64,000 nt of DNA, taken from positions 19,147-83,146 of the IMG/VR virus record IMGVR_UViG_3300020048_000032, one strand, 5' to 3'. The stretch is from a virus (taxonomy: Duplodnaviria > Heunggongvirae > Uroviricota > Caudoviricetes). Made by a program: the position numbers and the translations under genes. Position 1 is the stretch's first letter; the number at the start of each line of letters is the position of its first letter. Below the pieces are notes generated by a model, which did not search any database, was not told where the DNA came from, and saw only the letters and a list, made by a program, of their open reading frames with translations. Shown here one piece after another: positions 36,178-45,366 of this stretch.

Positions 36178-36556
36178 CGCTGGCCTCCATTGGAATACTA
36201 GGGTCTACATCAAAAATGGAGTTTACATCTCCAGCACTATATCTATCTAATAGTTCTTTATTAAACTGAGTAATTATTGCTTCAGACAGGAAGTCACGAC
36301 CAAGTTTTACCGTATCATGTATTCTATCTGTGAGTAACTGGCTTGCGCCTATTTTAATATCTTGATAATCTCTGTTGTCTATAGTGATACTACCAACTTC
36401 AATAAAGTCAATGTCCTCATCTGAGAGCTGACTTTCTAAAAGGTTGTCTAGAATCACTAGCTCATATGCGTCTAAAACGAGCTTCACCACGTCTAACTTT
36501 AATCCGGTAAAGCTCGCTATTTCCCCGACTACATCGGTATGCTTAACTTCTGTCAA
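36170..36556 (-). CDS. acidic hypothetical protein
   Basis: ORF track. Confidence 0.5.
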   Translation of the reverse strand: MTEVKHTDVVGEIASFTGLKLDVVKLVLDAYELVILDNLLESQLSDEDIDFIEVGSITIDNRDYQDIKIGASQLLTDRIHDTVKLGRDFLSEAIITQFNKELLDRYSAGDVNSIFDVDPSIPMEASDE

Positions 36557-36592
36557 ATTTGTACCTCAACTTTTTTGTAATGTTGTTGGTAA

Positions 36593-36952
36593 TTAAATTG
36601 TATTGATATAGGATGTGATATCCGCATCCATAATCTCAGCTGCGGTTGCGACCTTCCAGGTAACTCTTAATATTGGTTTCGCTTTAGATGTCTTTGTGTA
36701 TCGGTTATATAGCTCTTCTTGTTCTTCTTTGAACTTCTTAGAATCGAATAAAGTCTTTTCTACACCTTCTACCTTAGTAAAGGTTGCAAGAGTATCTTCA
36801 ATTGTTTTTAATTGTGAAGTTTCCATCTCTGTATCCAAAATCTTTAGCAAGTCTTTCTCTTGCGCTTCTAAGGCAGCGATGGTTCTCTTGATTTCTAAAA
36901 GTCTACTGACTACTCTTGGTTTTACTTGTAGTGATTCTGTTAATGTTTTCAT
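36593..36952 (-). CDS. hypothetical protein
   Basis: ORF track. Confidence 0.5.
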   Translation of the reverse strand: MKTLTESLQVKPRVVSRLLEIKRTIAALEAQEKDLLKILDTEMETSQLKTIEDTLATFTKVEGVEKTLFDSKKFKEEQEELYNRYTKTSKAKPILRVTWKVATAAEIMDADITSYINTI

Positions 36953-36954
36953 TG

Positions 36955-37485
36955 TTATTTTCCTCCGTTTAGGTTTTTCATCAATGCAGTAAGCTCAGCT
37001 GTCATTTGAATATAGGTTACATTACCTGTAGTAGACCTACGTACTGCGCGTTTTTGCTGGCGTACTTGACTAACCGCTTTAGCCTCATCCTTCGAAGCAT
37101 ATGTAGAAATATGATATTTTCCAGGGTACGTATTGTTAACTAATTTAGCAAGTGCTTGAAATTTTGGTCCATGTCCCGGATTTTCGTATCTAGGATTTTT
37201 TACTTGAGAGAAATTAATCGCATGAATTACTTCGTGCATTAAGGTCTCATGAGCAAGTTCAACTGGAATGTCCGCACTTACTTTAATAATACGCTTAGTA
37301 ACAATAAACTTTCTTTCGCCCAGTATTGTATAGTCTCTTTGATAGAATTCACAATAATTACCATGTGCTCTTGTCATTCTCTTAGAGACTTTATATTCGA
37401 TTCCATTAGGTACGCTAATTCCTAATGCTCTGATATCTTGTTTAACTTCGCTAAGAACTGTCATAAGTTGCGTCTGGGTTAACAT
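36955..37485 (-). CDS. SprT-like zinc metalloprotease-fold protein
   Basis: HExxH motif in LMHEVIHAINF; preceded by a consensus promoter. Confidence 0.45.
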   Translation of the reverse strand: MLTQTQLMTVLSEVKQDIRALGISVPNGIEYKVSKRMTRAHGNYCEFYQRDYTILGERKFIVTKRIIKVSADIPVELAHETLMHEVIHAINFSQVKNPRYENPGHGPKFQALAKLVNNTYPGKYHISTYASKDEAKAVSQVRQQKRAVRRSTTGNVTYIQMTAELTALMKNLNGGK

Positions 37486-37517
37486 GGGTTTCTCCTTGGC
37501 GTTTCTCGCTCTTAAAC

Positions 37518-37546
37518 ATTATATCATGGATTCAATTATTTGTAAA
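37518..37546 (-). promoter_or_regulatory. sigma-A-like promoter: TTTACA, 17 nt, TATAAT
   Basis: Conserved block. Confidence 0.6.
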
Positions 37547-37555
37547 CAATTATTT

Positions 37556-37852
37556 TCACTTTGTGTATCTTTTCATTATTGTTGAGATACTCTCGAATGA
37601 ATCCGAGATAGAAACTAGCGTATTATTTATCTTTCCTAATATTAATAGGATAGTTGCATCATCTGCAATCTCTAGAGAGTACTCGAGAGTTCTTATTAAA
37701 TTATCGAACTGAGTGTTATTATTATCAACTATACCGACTGCCTGCGCCATAGTTAATCTCTCTATAAGGACTTCTTTTACTCCAATGAAATCAGGCTGCT
37801 CTTTAAACAGGACCGCATTAGACTGGTTAAATAGTTTTTCTAAATCACTCAT
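37556..37852 (-). CDS. small regulator candidate (SPO1 gp33-like by size and position)
   Basis: 98 aa, immediately downstream of the 198-aa sigma-like protein. Confidence 0.3.
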   Translation of the reverse strand: MSDLEKLFNQSNAVLFKEQPDFIGVKEVLIERLTMAQAVGIVDNNNTQFDNLIRTLEYSLEIADDATILLILGKINNTLVSISDSFESISTIMKRYTK

Positions 37853-38441
37853 ATCGTGTAGTTAAAGTTTCCGCAAGTTCCGGAGAAATAACTCCGTTCT
37901 CTAGTAGGTCTGTAAATATTGTTTTTGCAACTTTATCAAACAGTTCTTTAGCTACATAAGTATCTTGGCAATGAACAGGTGCAATGGCTTGTGGAGGTGT
38001 TTCCGTTTTTACTACTGCAGTGATATCAGGCACCTTGTGCTCCGCTGCATCCATTATATCTTTAAATACTTTCCATCGATTTCTAAGAAGTCGTCTTCCG
38101 CCTTTTGTAGGTGCAACTCCGAGTTTTTTCATTACTTCATTCCAACTAAGACCTTTAACATTATAATAGTAATAACTCATAACCCCAAGTAAATTGCTTT
38201 GTAATTCTTCTCTTGTTGGAATATATAAACTTGTTCCTCCAAAGTAATTTATTAATTCAGAGTATGCTTCATAACTTATAATTAAAGCTAATTCTGGACT
38301 TACTTTTGTTCGCATATTTACGGACATTGCAAGGTTTGCTAAGTAATATAGTTCTGGAATTGAGTTAACATCCTCTAAAATATCCCGGGACTCAGCATGA
38401 TAAAATTTTGTGCTATCTATTCTTTTGACTTTTGGACTCAC
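37845..38441 (-). CDS. sigma-factor-like/HTH transcription factor (SPO1 gp34-like by size)
   Basis: Region-4-like HTH GLSWNEVMKKLGV; 198 aa. Confidence 0.35.
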   Translation of the reverse strand: MSPKVKRIDSTKFYHAESRDILEDVNSIPELYYLANLAMSVNMRTKVSPELALIISYEAYSELINYFGGTSLYIPTREELQSNLLGVMSYYYYNVKGLSWNEVMKKLGVAPTKGGRRLLRNRWKVFKDIMDAAEHKVPDITAVVKTETPPQAIAPVHCQDTYVAKELFDKVAKTIFTDLLENGVISPELAETLTTRYE

Positions 38442-39136
38442 TCGAACCCTCCCTTATTTGCATGGCTGTAATTCTCCACCGCTGCATCTGCATCAATTAT
38501 AGCTTGCAGTGTGCTATATTCATGGTTATTTAGGGTTTCCATAGATTTTTCATAAATTGACTTACGTACTAATTTACAAATAAAATCTACATATGAGGCA
38601 TAGTCCTCCGACAATCCTATAACTGCTTTTTCATTAAAGAAATTTGCAATAACAGATAGATATAACTTACGATTAAAAACTATGTTTGTTGTTCTACTAA
38701 ATCTAAGCACATCTACTTTAATTTCTTCAAATAAAGTTTGTAGATAATCTTCTAGTTCAAACTTTCTAATATACTCATTGCGATTCGACGACCCGTACAT
38801 TTTAGTAATAAAAGAATCTTTTGCTACTGGGTCTAGTATCGTGGTCTCTATCTGAGTTCTATTATGCGCCTTATAGTAATTATACAATGTGGAAGAAACA
38901 TTCAACATAATATACTTTGTCCAATTATTAATTACTACTCCATTGCACAATCTAAGCCACAGGTTTATCGCATAGTCATGCGCAACCTGGTCAACGTCTT
39001 CTCGGTCTGTAACTAGATTCTTAACCACAAGTATTTTTTCAGTCAAAGTTCTAAGAACCACATACATATTTTCATCGTAAGGGTTCTTAGCAAATTGTGC
39101 TTTTACATCCAATTCTAACTTAACTAAGATATTCAT
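38438..39136 (-). CDS. hypothetical protein (possible second sigma/regulator)
   Basis: ORF track; position in a regulator cluster. Confidence 0.4.
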   Translation of the reverse strand: MNILVKLELDVKAQFAKNPYDENMYVVLRTLTEKILVVKNLVTDREDVDQVAHDYAINLWLRLCNGVVINNWTKYIMLNVSSTLYNYYKAHNRTQIETTILDPVAKDSFITKMYGSSNRNEYIRKFELEDYLQTLFEEIKVDVLRFSRTTNIVFNRKLYLSVIANFFNEKAVIGLSEDYASYVDFICKLVRKSIYEKSMETLNNHEYSTLQAIIDADAAVENYSHANKGGFE

Positions 39137-41016
39137 TTTACTACTCGGGAAATATTGTTCTCTTTTCTAACAACCAGCATGTTGTCATAGTCGATATCTG
39201 CATCATTCTTATGTGTAATCAAGAAGATACTATTAATAGTTGATTTCTGATTAGTAATCAAATCTAAAACGGTAGATACTCCTAAGCTATCTAGGTGGTC
39301 AAATACCTCGTCAATAATTAAAAGGTTGGAAGCAAATCCAGCTTCACTCATTACTAAGTCTCTGATAGCGAGTTGTAAAATTATATCCGCGCGACGATGT
39401 TCGCCACCAGATGTATTCTCAATTTGCTTTTCCCCAAGGAATATATCTAGACTAGAATTATCTACAACGAGTGCTACTTTATCTGAATCAAATAAATATC
39501 CAGAATATTCCGCACATCTCATATTTAAAAATTCGATAACTCCTCCTAACATGTAGGAACGAAGACCTCTCGACATTTGAGAAGTGAACCACTTTGCAGT
39601 TGTTAACTTAGCTTCTACCTTAGACGCTTCTCTGTTCAGACTCACTTCTTCTGCTTGTAATACTTTATTACTGTCCGTTAATTCTACAATCTTTACTTCA
39701 TAGGCATCTGTGCTCTCAACTTTAATTGCCTTAAGATTTAACAGTTGTTTTATTTTATTGTTTAATTCTTCCCTGTCCATAATTAACCGACGACTTTCTG
39801 TATTAAGGTCGCGGATAATTGAGGAGTACTGCGAATTCTGTTGCTCTAAATTATCAACTTGCGATTTTGAGAACTGTGTCGTTTCTTTAACTATTCCTAA
39901 AGCGATTGTCCATTCCTGTACTTTCTGAACATCGGCTGTTGCTAATTCTTTTGTATCACTTAAAGATTGTAATAGTTGCTTGCGCAAGTTATCTGTAAGG
40001 TCTTTGTCAACTTCTTGATGGCAGGTAGGACATTCGTTATCTTTAAGTGCATCTAGCTCTTGTCGCGTACGCGTCATAGTTTCAGTAAACTTTGCGATTT
40101 CTTGACGAAGTTTAGCCGTGCCCATTTCTAGAGAAGATTGTTCAGCAGCTTGAAGATTATACGTTGTGGTCAAATCACGGAGGTCTGCTACAATTTTTTC
40201 TTTAAGGTCACTATTCTGTAAAATGCTTTGCTGAGTTTTCTCATAGCTTTCTACATTAGCTTTAACCAGGTCTTCGTAAGCACTAATCCCGGCATCAGCG
40301 TCACTTGCTAAACTCACCGTGGTATTCTTTGCTTTAATGTTTGTAATAGTATCTAACAAGGATTTAATCATACTATCATTAGTTCCAGACTTTATGCTAT
40401 TCTCATAAATTTGTTTTTGTAAGATATTCCATTTTGACTGGTATCTTAATTCTACAGTGTCTGCTAGTCCTTTAACATTATTATAAATCATATCTACTTT
40501 AGATAATTCTTCTAATTTCTCTTTGCGGTCTCTGTTATTCATTGTAGATAATCCCCCAATGAGTCCTTGAGATAATATTACAATTGAAGTCAATACAGAC
40601 CAGGTGAGTTCAGGAAATTCAGTTTCAAAGTATTCTTCTGTTTCTCGAATTTTTGACTTCGTAACGTTCTCGCCATTCTTTATAATAGTCAATCCATTAG
40701 CCGCTGCTGAACCAATAGTGCCTCGAGTAATAGTATACTCGATATCATTCTTTTCAAGCACCACGGTCACCGATGCGCCCCGTGGTAGATACAGATTTTT
40801 AACTTCATCCGCATTTCTACTTGTGCGACCAGTTAAGCACCATAACAAGCTTTCAGATACTAAAGCGGACTTTCCAGACCCATTAGAATCTGACTTAGAA
40901 TCTTGCCCGTTTTCTCCTTTAATAAAAACCACACCTGCTTGGTTTATTTCAAGCTCTTCGTGGTCATACGATAAGAACGAATCCAATACTATTTTTTTAA
41001 ATATTATATTATTCAT
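39133..41016 (-). CDS. sbcC: SbcC/Rad50-like ATPase (T4 gp46-like recombination nuclease subunit)
   Basis: Walker A GENGSGKS; long coiled coil with CPTC zinc hook; signature SGGEHRRAD; Walker B LLIIDEVFDHLD. Confidence 0.75.
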   Translation of the reverse strand: MNNIIFKKIVLDSFLSYDHEELEINQAGVVFIKGENGQDSKSDSNGSGKSALVSESLLWCLTGRTSRNADEVKNLYLPRGASVTVVLEKNDIEYTITRGTIGSAAANGLTIIKNGENVTKSKIRETEEYFETEFPELTWSVLTSIVILSQGLIGGLSTMNNRDRKEKLEELSKVDMIYNNVKGLADTVELRYQSKWNILQKQIYENSIKSGTNDSMIKSLLDTITNIKAKNTTVSLASDADAGISAYEDLVKANVESYEKTQQSILQNSDLKEKIVADLRDLTTTYNLQAAEQSSLEMGTAKLRQEIAKFTETMTRTRQELDALKDNECPTCHQEVDKDLTDNLRKQLLQSLSDTKELATADVQKVQEWTIALGIVKETTQFSKSQVDNLEQQNSQYSSIIRDLNTESRRLIMDREELNNKIKQLLNLKAIKVESTDAYEVKIVELTDSNKVLQAEEVSLNREASKVEAKLTTAKWFTSQMSRGLRSYMLGGVIEFLNMRCAEYSGYLFDSDKVALVVDNSSLDIFLGEKQIENTSGGEHRRADIILQLAIRDLVMSEAGFASNLLIIDEVFDHLDSLGVSTVLDLITNQKSTINSIFLITHKNDADIDYDNMLVVRKENNISRVVK

Positions 41017-41174
41017 CTTTATCCTCCGTATCCTGAACAGGTATTATAACATTGAAGCAGCAAGCGTCAGTACCTTCAAGAGCTTCTATTTCTATTCTAT
41101 AGTCTATCTTCCGCTTAGTAAGCATATGAACAGTCGATGCTAATGACTCTAAATTATATACCTTCTTAACTATG

Positions 41175-41390
41175 CTACTCATTTGAGTCCTCTGATGTAA
41201 ATATAATCATAATCTTAGGATAAGGTTTATCTTCCCAGTCCAGCTCATCAATTTGTATTACACTTATTAGATTAAAGTTAATATTATGATTAATATACTC
41301 GCGATACTTGTATTCTGACTTATCATTACTATTCAACCAGTTGAGAGCATCATCTATATCATCAAATACTATCTTCTTGTAAGCTTTCAT
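41175..41390 (-). CDS. hypothetical protein
   Basis: ORF track. Confidence 0.45.
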   Translation of the reverse strand: MKAYKKIVFDDIDDALNWLNSNDKSEYKYREYINHNINFNLISVIQIDELDWEDKPYPKIMIIFTSEDSNE

Positions 41391-42460
41391 TCGGCACCTC
41401 CGGTAATATAATCACTAAGCAGCATCGCTTCCATTTCTTTTCTGGACATTGGTAACTTTGCATCCTGAACTGTTTTTATAAAGCCCATAAGAATTTCTAC
41501 AGGGGTTGATGTTAATCTAATGTTTGTAACTGAGCCATCAACATTATTTATCTTTTTGTTTTCTTTTGCATTGCTTACAATAATAGAAGAAAGTATTTTT
41601 GAGTTTTCTTTCATATACTTGTCGAGCAATAAGCGTATTTCTGGTTTTGCTTCGTTCATACATTGTATTCTTAAATAAAAATTATTGGGCAGAAGTAACA
41701 AGTCTTCAATTCCTTTTTTAACCTGTAACAGGTCGCTAGACTCTATAGTGAAGTATAGTACGGCATATGGGTTAGGAATTCTTGTAACATCGCCAGTCTC
41801 TGTATCAATTAAGATTGCGGAAGGCAAACCTTTTGCATAGTCATCTCCTAGACCATTACCGATAAAAGAACCCGTATTCATTACAATACCTAGCTGGTCT
41901 GGAATATGGATATGTCCATTAAAAACTACTTCAAAGTAATCTTTAAGTATTACCGGGTCGAACCCACTTGTACAAAATATATTTCTTGCATACTGTGTTC
42001 CAACAATATCTACATGACTAAATAAAATTTTATTTCTCAATGCCTCTAAGGTTTCTAAATTTATCTCTGACGTATAAGGTAGAAAAGATACCTCATTAAT
42101 TTTTAATGGAGTATCAATAACTGTTACGTTTGAATAATTACGAAGGATAGCTAAAGCGTTTGTTGCTGTGTCTTTTCTATCATGATTGCCTACCAAAACA
42201 TACTCTGGGATATTCGTAGTATTTTTTGCAAAGGACTCTTCTATCGCGTGTGCTTCCCTTGCCATAATCATTGGCTTATCTAGCAAGTCTCCCCCATGAA
42301 CAATAAGGTCCACATTATAGTTTCTCGCCTGTTCATAAAACCAAGCAAAAGACTCGATAATTAAATCAAGCCGAGTACTATATTTAGAATTTCGTCTAGC
42401 CTCATTAGATAAGGAGCCAAGCTCTTTAAAATGCGGGTCTGTTTCAAATAGTATTTTCAT
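41387..42460 (-). CDS. sbcD: SbcD/Mre11-like nuclease (gp47-like)
   Basis: Phosphoesterase motifs DPHF, HGGDLLD, GNHDR, GHIH. Confidence 0.75.
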   Translation of the reverse strand: MKILFETDPHFKELGSLSNEARRNSKYSTRLDLIIESFAWFYEQARNYNVDLIVHGGDLLDKPMIMAREAHAIEESFAKNTTNIPEYVLVGNHDRKDTATNALAILRNYSNVTVIDTPLKINEVSFLPYTSEINLETLEALRNKILFSHVDIVGTQYARNIFCTSGFDPVILKDYFEVVFNGHIHIPDQLGIVMNTGSFIGNGLGDDYAKGLPSAILIDTETGDVTRIPNPYAVLYFTIESSDLLQVKKGIEDLLLLPNNFYLRIQCMNEAKPEIRLLLDKYMKENSKILSSIIVSNAKENKKINNVDGSVTNIRLTSTPVEILMGFIKTVQDAKLPMSRKEMEAMLLSDYITGGAE

Positions 42461-42461
42461 G

Positions 42462-42650
42462 TTACCTGCTTTCCAGTAATCTTTTTAATTCATCAATAAT
42501 AGCTTCATTAACTTGATGCGTATCTTTTAATGTATAATAGAATGTAGATACACCTTGTCTGCTCAATATTCGATTTAATACAGCTTGCTCTGTAACTTTA
42601 GATTTAAATAATCTAGTAAGGGTAGCTCTCATCCATAAAGTCATAGACAC
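42462..42650 (-). CDS. hypothetical protein
   Basis: ORF track. Confidence 0.45.
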   Translation of the reverse strand: MSMTLWMRATLTRLFKSKVTEQAVLNRILSRQGVSTFYYTLKDTHQVNEAIIDELKRLLESR

Positions 42651-43051
42651 TTCCTTAATTCATCGAGAGGTATTTCGCTGCCTTTATCCATAAAAGCAAA
42701 CATTTCGTGAAAGACCATAAATGATGTTCTGTCACCACCTTTTTCAAGTAGTACTAACCCCCAATCATCAGTTCTTCTTAGTGCTTTGTATCTTGGGTCC
42801 TTAATGCTTCTAATTATTGCCTTCTCGTCTTCCGTCAATGTGTATTTAGGGAGTGGTGTGATTTCTTCATCGAGCAAATCTTTAATATCACTTGCAGACT
42901 TTAACCATTTTTGAAAAATATCTGAATATAATTCCAGAACATATGATTTCGATATTCTGTATTTTGTGGAACAATCTCCGCTCCAAGTGAACTCTCGCTC
43001 TACTTCTATTCCAAGATGCGATAAGAACTGCTCTGTTGTTATTTTGCTCAT
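42641..43051 (-). CDS. hypothetical protein, paralog family A
   Basis: MSKITTEQFLSHLGIEV...EITPLPKYTLTEDEKAIIRS...LDELRKCL. Confidence 0.6.
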   Translation of the reverse strand: MSKITTEQFLSHLGIEVEREFTWSGDCSTKYRISKSYVLELYSDIFQKWLKSASDIKDLLDEEITPLPKYTLTEDEKAIIRSIKDPRYKALRRTDDWGLVLLEKGGDRTSFMVFHEMFAFMDKGSEIPLDELRKCL

Positions 43052-43473
43052 TACATGTACCTCTTTAAGTCGTGGATACGGACTCTTTCACCACATCTAA
43101 TACAATTAAATACGTTTGCAAGTGGGAATAAAACGAGTTCTTCCTCGTCTTTCATACCTGCGAATCTAACAATGAATAAATCTACACCATTAGGACTTCG
43201 CTCAATACAATCATTGCTACAGTAACCCTCCAGTAACTTGGTAAGGATAACCTTATCCGCGTCTGATAGAATATATTTTATTATCTCACAATCAAGTAAG
43301 CTCCCTAAGTTATCTTCGCTTTCCGCCCAAGATTTTTTAATCGGATTGAAATAATGTAATGTAACTGGATTTTCTGTAACCTTAATCTTTCTAGTAAATC
43401 CGTTAGGATATCTGCAATTAAACTCTGCACCTATTCTTATTCCAAGATGGTCTAGGAATTCTTGTGTTGTCAT
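43051..43473 (-). CDS. hypothetical protein, paralog family A (divergent)
   Basis: MTTQEFLDHLGIRIG...IHDLKRYM. Confidence 0.55.
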   Translation of the reverse strand: MTTQEFLDHLGIRIGAEFNCRYPNGFTRKIKVTENPVTLHYFNPIKKSWAESEDNLGSLLDCEIIKYILSDADKVILTKLLEGYCSNDCIERSPNGVDLFIVRFAGMKDEEELVLFPLANVFNCIRCGERVRIHDLKRYM

Positions 43474-43478
43474 TTTGT

Positions 43479-43943
43479 TTATAAACCCTTTCTCAATTCA
43501 TCAAGTGATACAGGTTCGTCATTTTCCCACTGTATGAAATTGAATACATTTACGAACATTTTCATATACAGATAATTACCATCGTTAGAACTCCAATCAA
43601 GAGATTGTTTACTTGCCTTAAATGGTTTTTCTGTGCAGACAAACAATCCGTAAATCTTATCTCTGACAATCCACTTATATTCTTTTGAAATACATCTTAC
43701 TATTGCCTTTTCGTCTTCAGTAAGTTTGTACTGAGGTACCGACTTAATTTCTTTGCCTAGCAGCCAACTAAGAGGGTATGCAGTATCAGTCCACCCTAAA
43801 TCGTAGTGGTGCTTTGTCCAAATCATAATATTATATTTTTCATCAACGGCAAATAGGTCATCATCAACCTTAAAAGGTTTCCATATAGTTATTCTCAATT
43901 GTTCTAAGAATTGCTCTGCTGTCATTTTACCCATTGTCTTCAC
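43479..43943 (-). CDS. hypothetical protein, paralog family A
   Basis: MTAEQFLEQL...KSVPQYKLTEDEKAIVRC...LDELRKGL. Confidence 0.55.
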   Translation of the reverse strand: MKTMGKMTAEQFLEQLRITIWKPFKVDDDLFAVDEKYNIMIWTKHHYDLGWTDTAYPLSWLLGKEIKSVPQYKLTEDEKAIVRCISKEYKWIVRDKIYGLFVCTEKPFKASKQSLDWSSNDGNYLYMKMFVNVFNFIQWENDEPVSLDELRKGL

Positions 43944-44223
43944 ACCTCTCTAAATATTCAAGCAGATTTTGTCTAATACGCTCTGCTTTTTTGCCTATCT
44001 CTCTTGCTGACCCGCGGTCGTCTGTATCCCGTTTCGACATACTTCGTATCATACCACACAAGTGTGTTAATAACTCTTCGTACGTATCTAAGTTTTCAAG
44101 AACTTCTCTATCATGACTACTTTCACAGTAAATCTCTAAATCACCTGCTAATGATTTTACTACTTCAATAACGTTGAATTGCCTCATTTTGTTACCTCTG
44201 GTTTCTTTAGTGCTTGTAAACAT
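43927..44223 (-). CDS. hypothetical protein
   Basis: ORF track. Confidence 0.45.
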   Translation of the reverse strand: MFTSTKETRGNKMRQFNVIEVVKSLAGDLEIYCESSHDREVLENLDTYEELLTHLCGMIRSMSKRDTDDRGSAREIGKKAERIRQNLLEYLERCEDNG

Positions 44224-44459
44224 TCATAACTTGGGCATACTTTAATATGCTCCGATAATACCCACATTCCACACTTAGGACATCTAAGATTTTTACCATC
44301 GTATGTCATACTTTGTGGGATGGTCTTATCTATTAATTCCTGGAGTAATGCTTTATCTTTTGCTAAGAGGTCATAATCTACACTCCGCTCCCTTTGTGTA
44401 ATAAATATTACATATTCAAATTTTGACATTCTATCTAGTGCTTCTTGGTACTTATTCAT
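44184..44459 (-). CDS. small zinc-ribbon protein, family MNKYQEAL (tandem array member 1)
   Basis: Start trimmed to MNKYQEALDR; C-terminal CPKCG...CPSYEC. Confidence 0.5.
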   Translation of the reverse strand: MNKYQEALDRMSKFEYVIFITQRERSVDYDLLAKDKALLQELIDKTIPQSMTYDGKNLRCPKCGMWVLSEHIKVCPSYECLQALKKPEVTK

Positions 44460-44709
44460 CCTTGCTCCAGTCGATTGCTTGGCCGCAGTCTTGGCAACAA
44501 TCATAATACCCGCCATTTGAGTCATTCACTAGGAAGCTGAAACACGCGGGACACTTTGGAAAATCATTCCACATAATATATTTCTTTGGTGTCGCCCTAT
44601 CTACTAACCCTTGGAGCACGTTATACTCAACTTTTATATTATATGCGTTAGGACTTTCACCTGCGATTTTAAGTAATTTATTCAGTGCTTCTTGATGTTT
44701 ATTCATTTT
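44452..44709 (-). CDS. small zinc-ribbon protein, family MNKYQEAL (member 2)
   Basis: Start trimmed to MNKHQEALNKL; C-terminal CPAC...CQDCGQAIDWSKDE. Confidence 0.5.
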   Translation of the reverse strand, partial: KMNKHQEALNKLLKIAGESPNAYNIKVEYNVLQGLVDRATPKKYIMWNDFPKCPACFSFLVNDSNGGYYDCCQDCGQAIDWSKDE

Positions 44710-45007
44710 TCTTCTTCCAAGCGATTGCTTGACCGCACCCTTCTTTTTCGTGAAAATGAATATCTCTATCGCTGTAAACAAAGTCATTACAGCATGGGCA
44801 TCTACCCCTCCACATAGTAGGATAGTTTCTGAACATGTCTCTTTCATATACTCTAATGTTCAATACTTTCTTTACAGTTGCTTTGTCTAATAACTTGTAT
44901 AACTCTTCTGCTGAACACAGTTCCGTTTCCCCAAGGCCTGTCAGCCTTGCAATAACTGTATCATGATGCGTTAGCAATTCAAGTAATTCTTCAAGTGTGT
45001 ATTTCAT
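44699..45007 (-). CDS. small zinc-ribbon protein (related C-terminus CGQAIAWKKKNE)
   Basis: CPCCNDF...EGCGQAIAWKKKNE. Confidence 0.5.
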   Translation of the reverse strand: MKYTLEELLELLTHHDTVIARLTGLGETELCSAEELYKLLDKATVKKVLNIRVYERDMFRNYPTMWRGRCPCCNDFVYSDRDIHFHEKEGCGQAIAWKKKNE

Positions 45008-45362
45008 CTTTACTCCAGTCTAGTGCTTGGCCACAATTCGAACAAAAGTCGTTTTCCTCTTCTCGAACAGAATAACTTATCTTCATATTCTCTTCATAAT
45101 CATAGTCTATGTCCTGCTCTAATATATCATGTGTCAAGCCGTGAGTTTCATGACAGCCAGGACATTTACCATTAACAGGTTTCATCGGTGTTGCTTTGTC
45201 TACTAACCCCTTAAATAAAACTATGTCCTCAAAAAATATTTCTTGGTCGTAGATGTCATATACAAGATGGGTTATTGTATCATTGTTGTGGCTGTCTTCC
45301 CTTATTTCTTCTAATGTTTTATAATTAAAAGTTCTATCGAATGCTTGTTGATATTTGTTCAT
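44991..45362 (-). CDS. small zinc-ribbon protein, family MNKYQEAL (member 3)
   Basis: MNKYQQAFDR...CPGCHE...CSNCGQALDWSKDE. Confidence 0.5.
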   Translation of the reverse strand: MNKYQQAFDRTFNYKTLEEIREDSHNNDTITHLVYDIYDQEIFFEDIVLFKGLVDKATPMKPVNGKCPGCHETHGLTHDILEQDIDYDYEENMKISYSVREEENDFCSNCGQALDWSKDEIHT

Positions 45363-45366
45363 AAGT

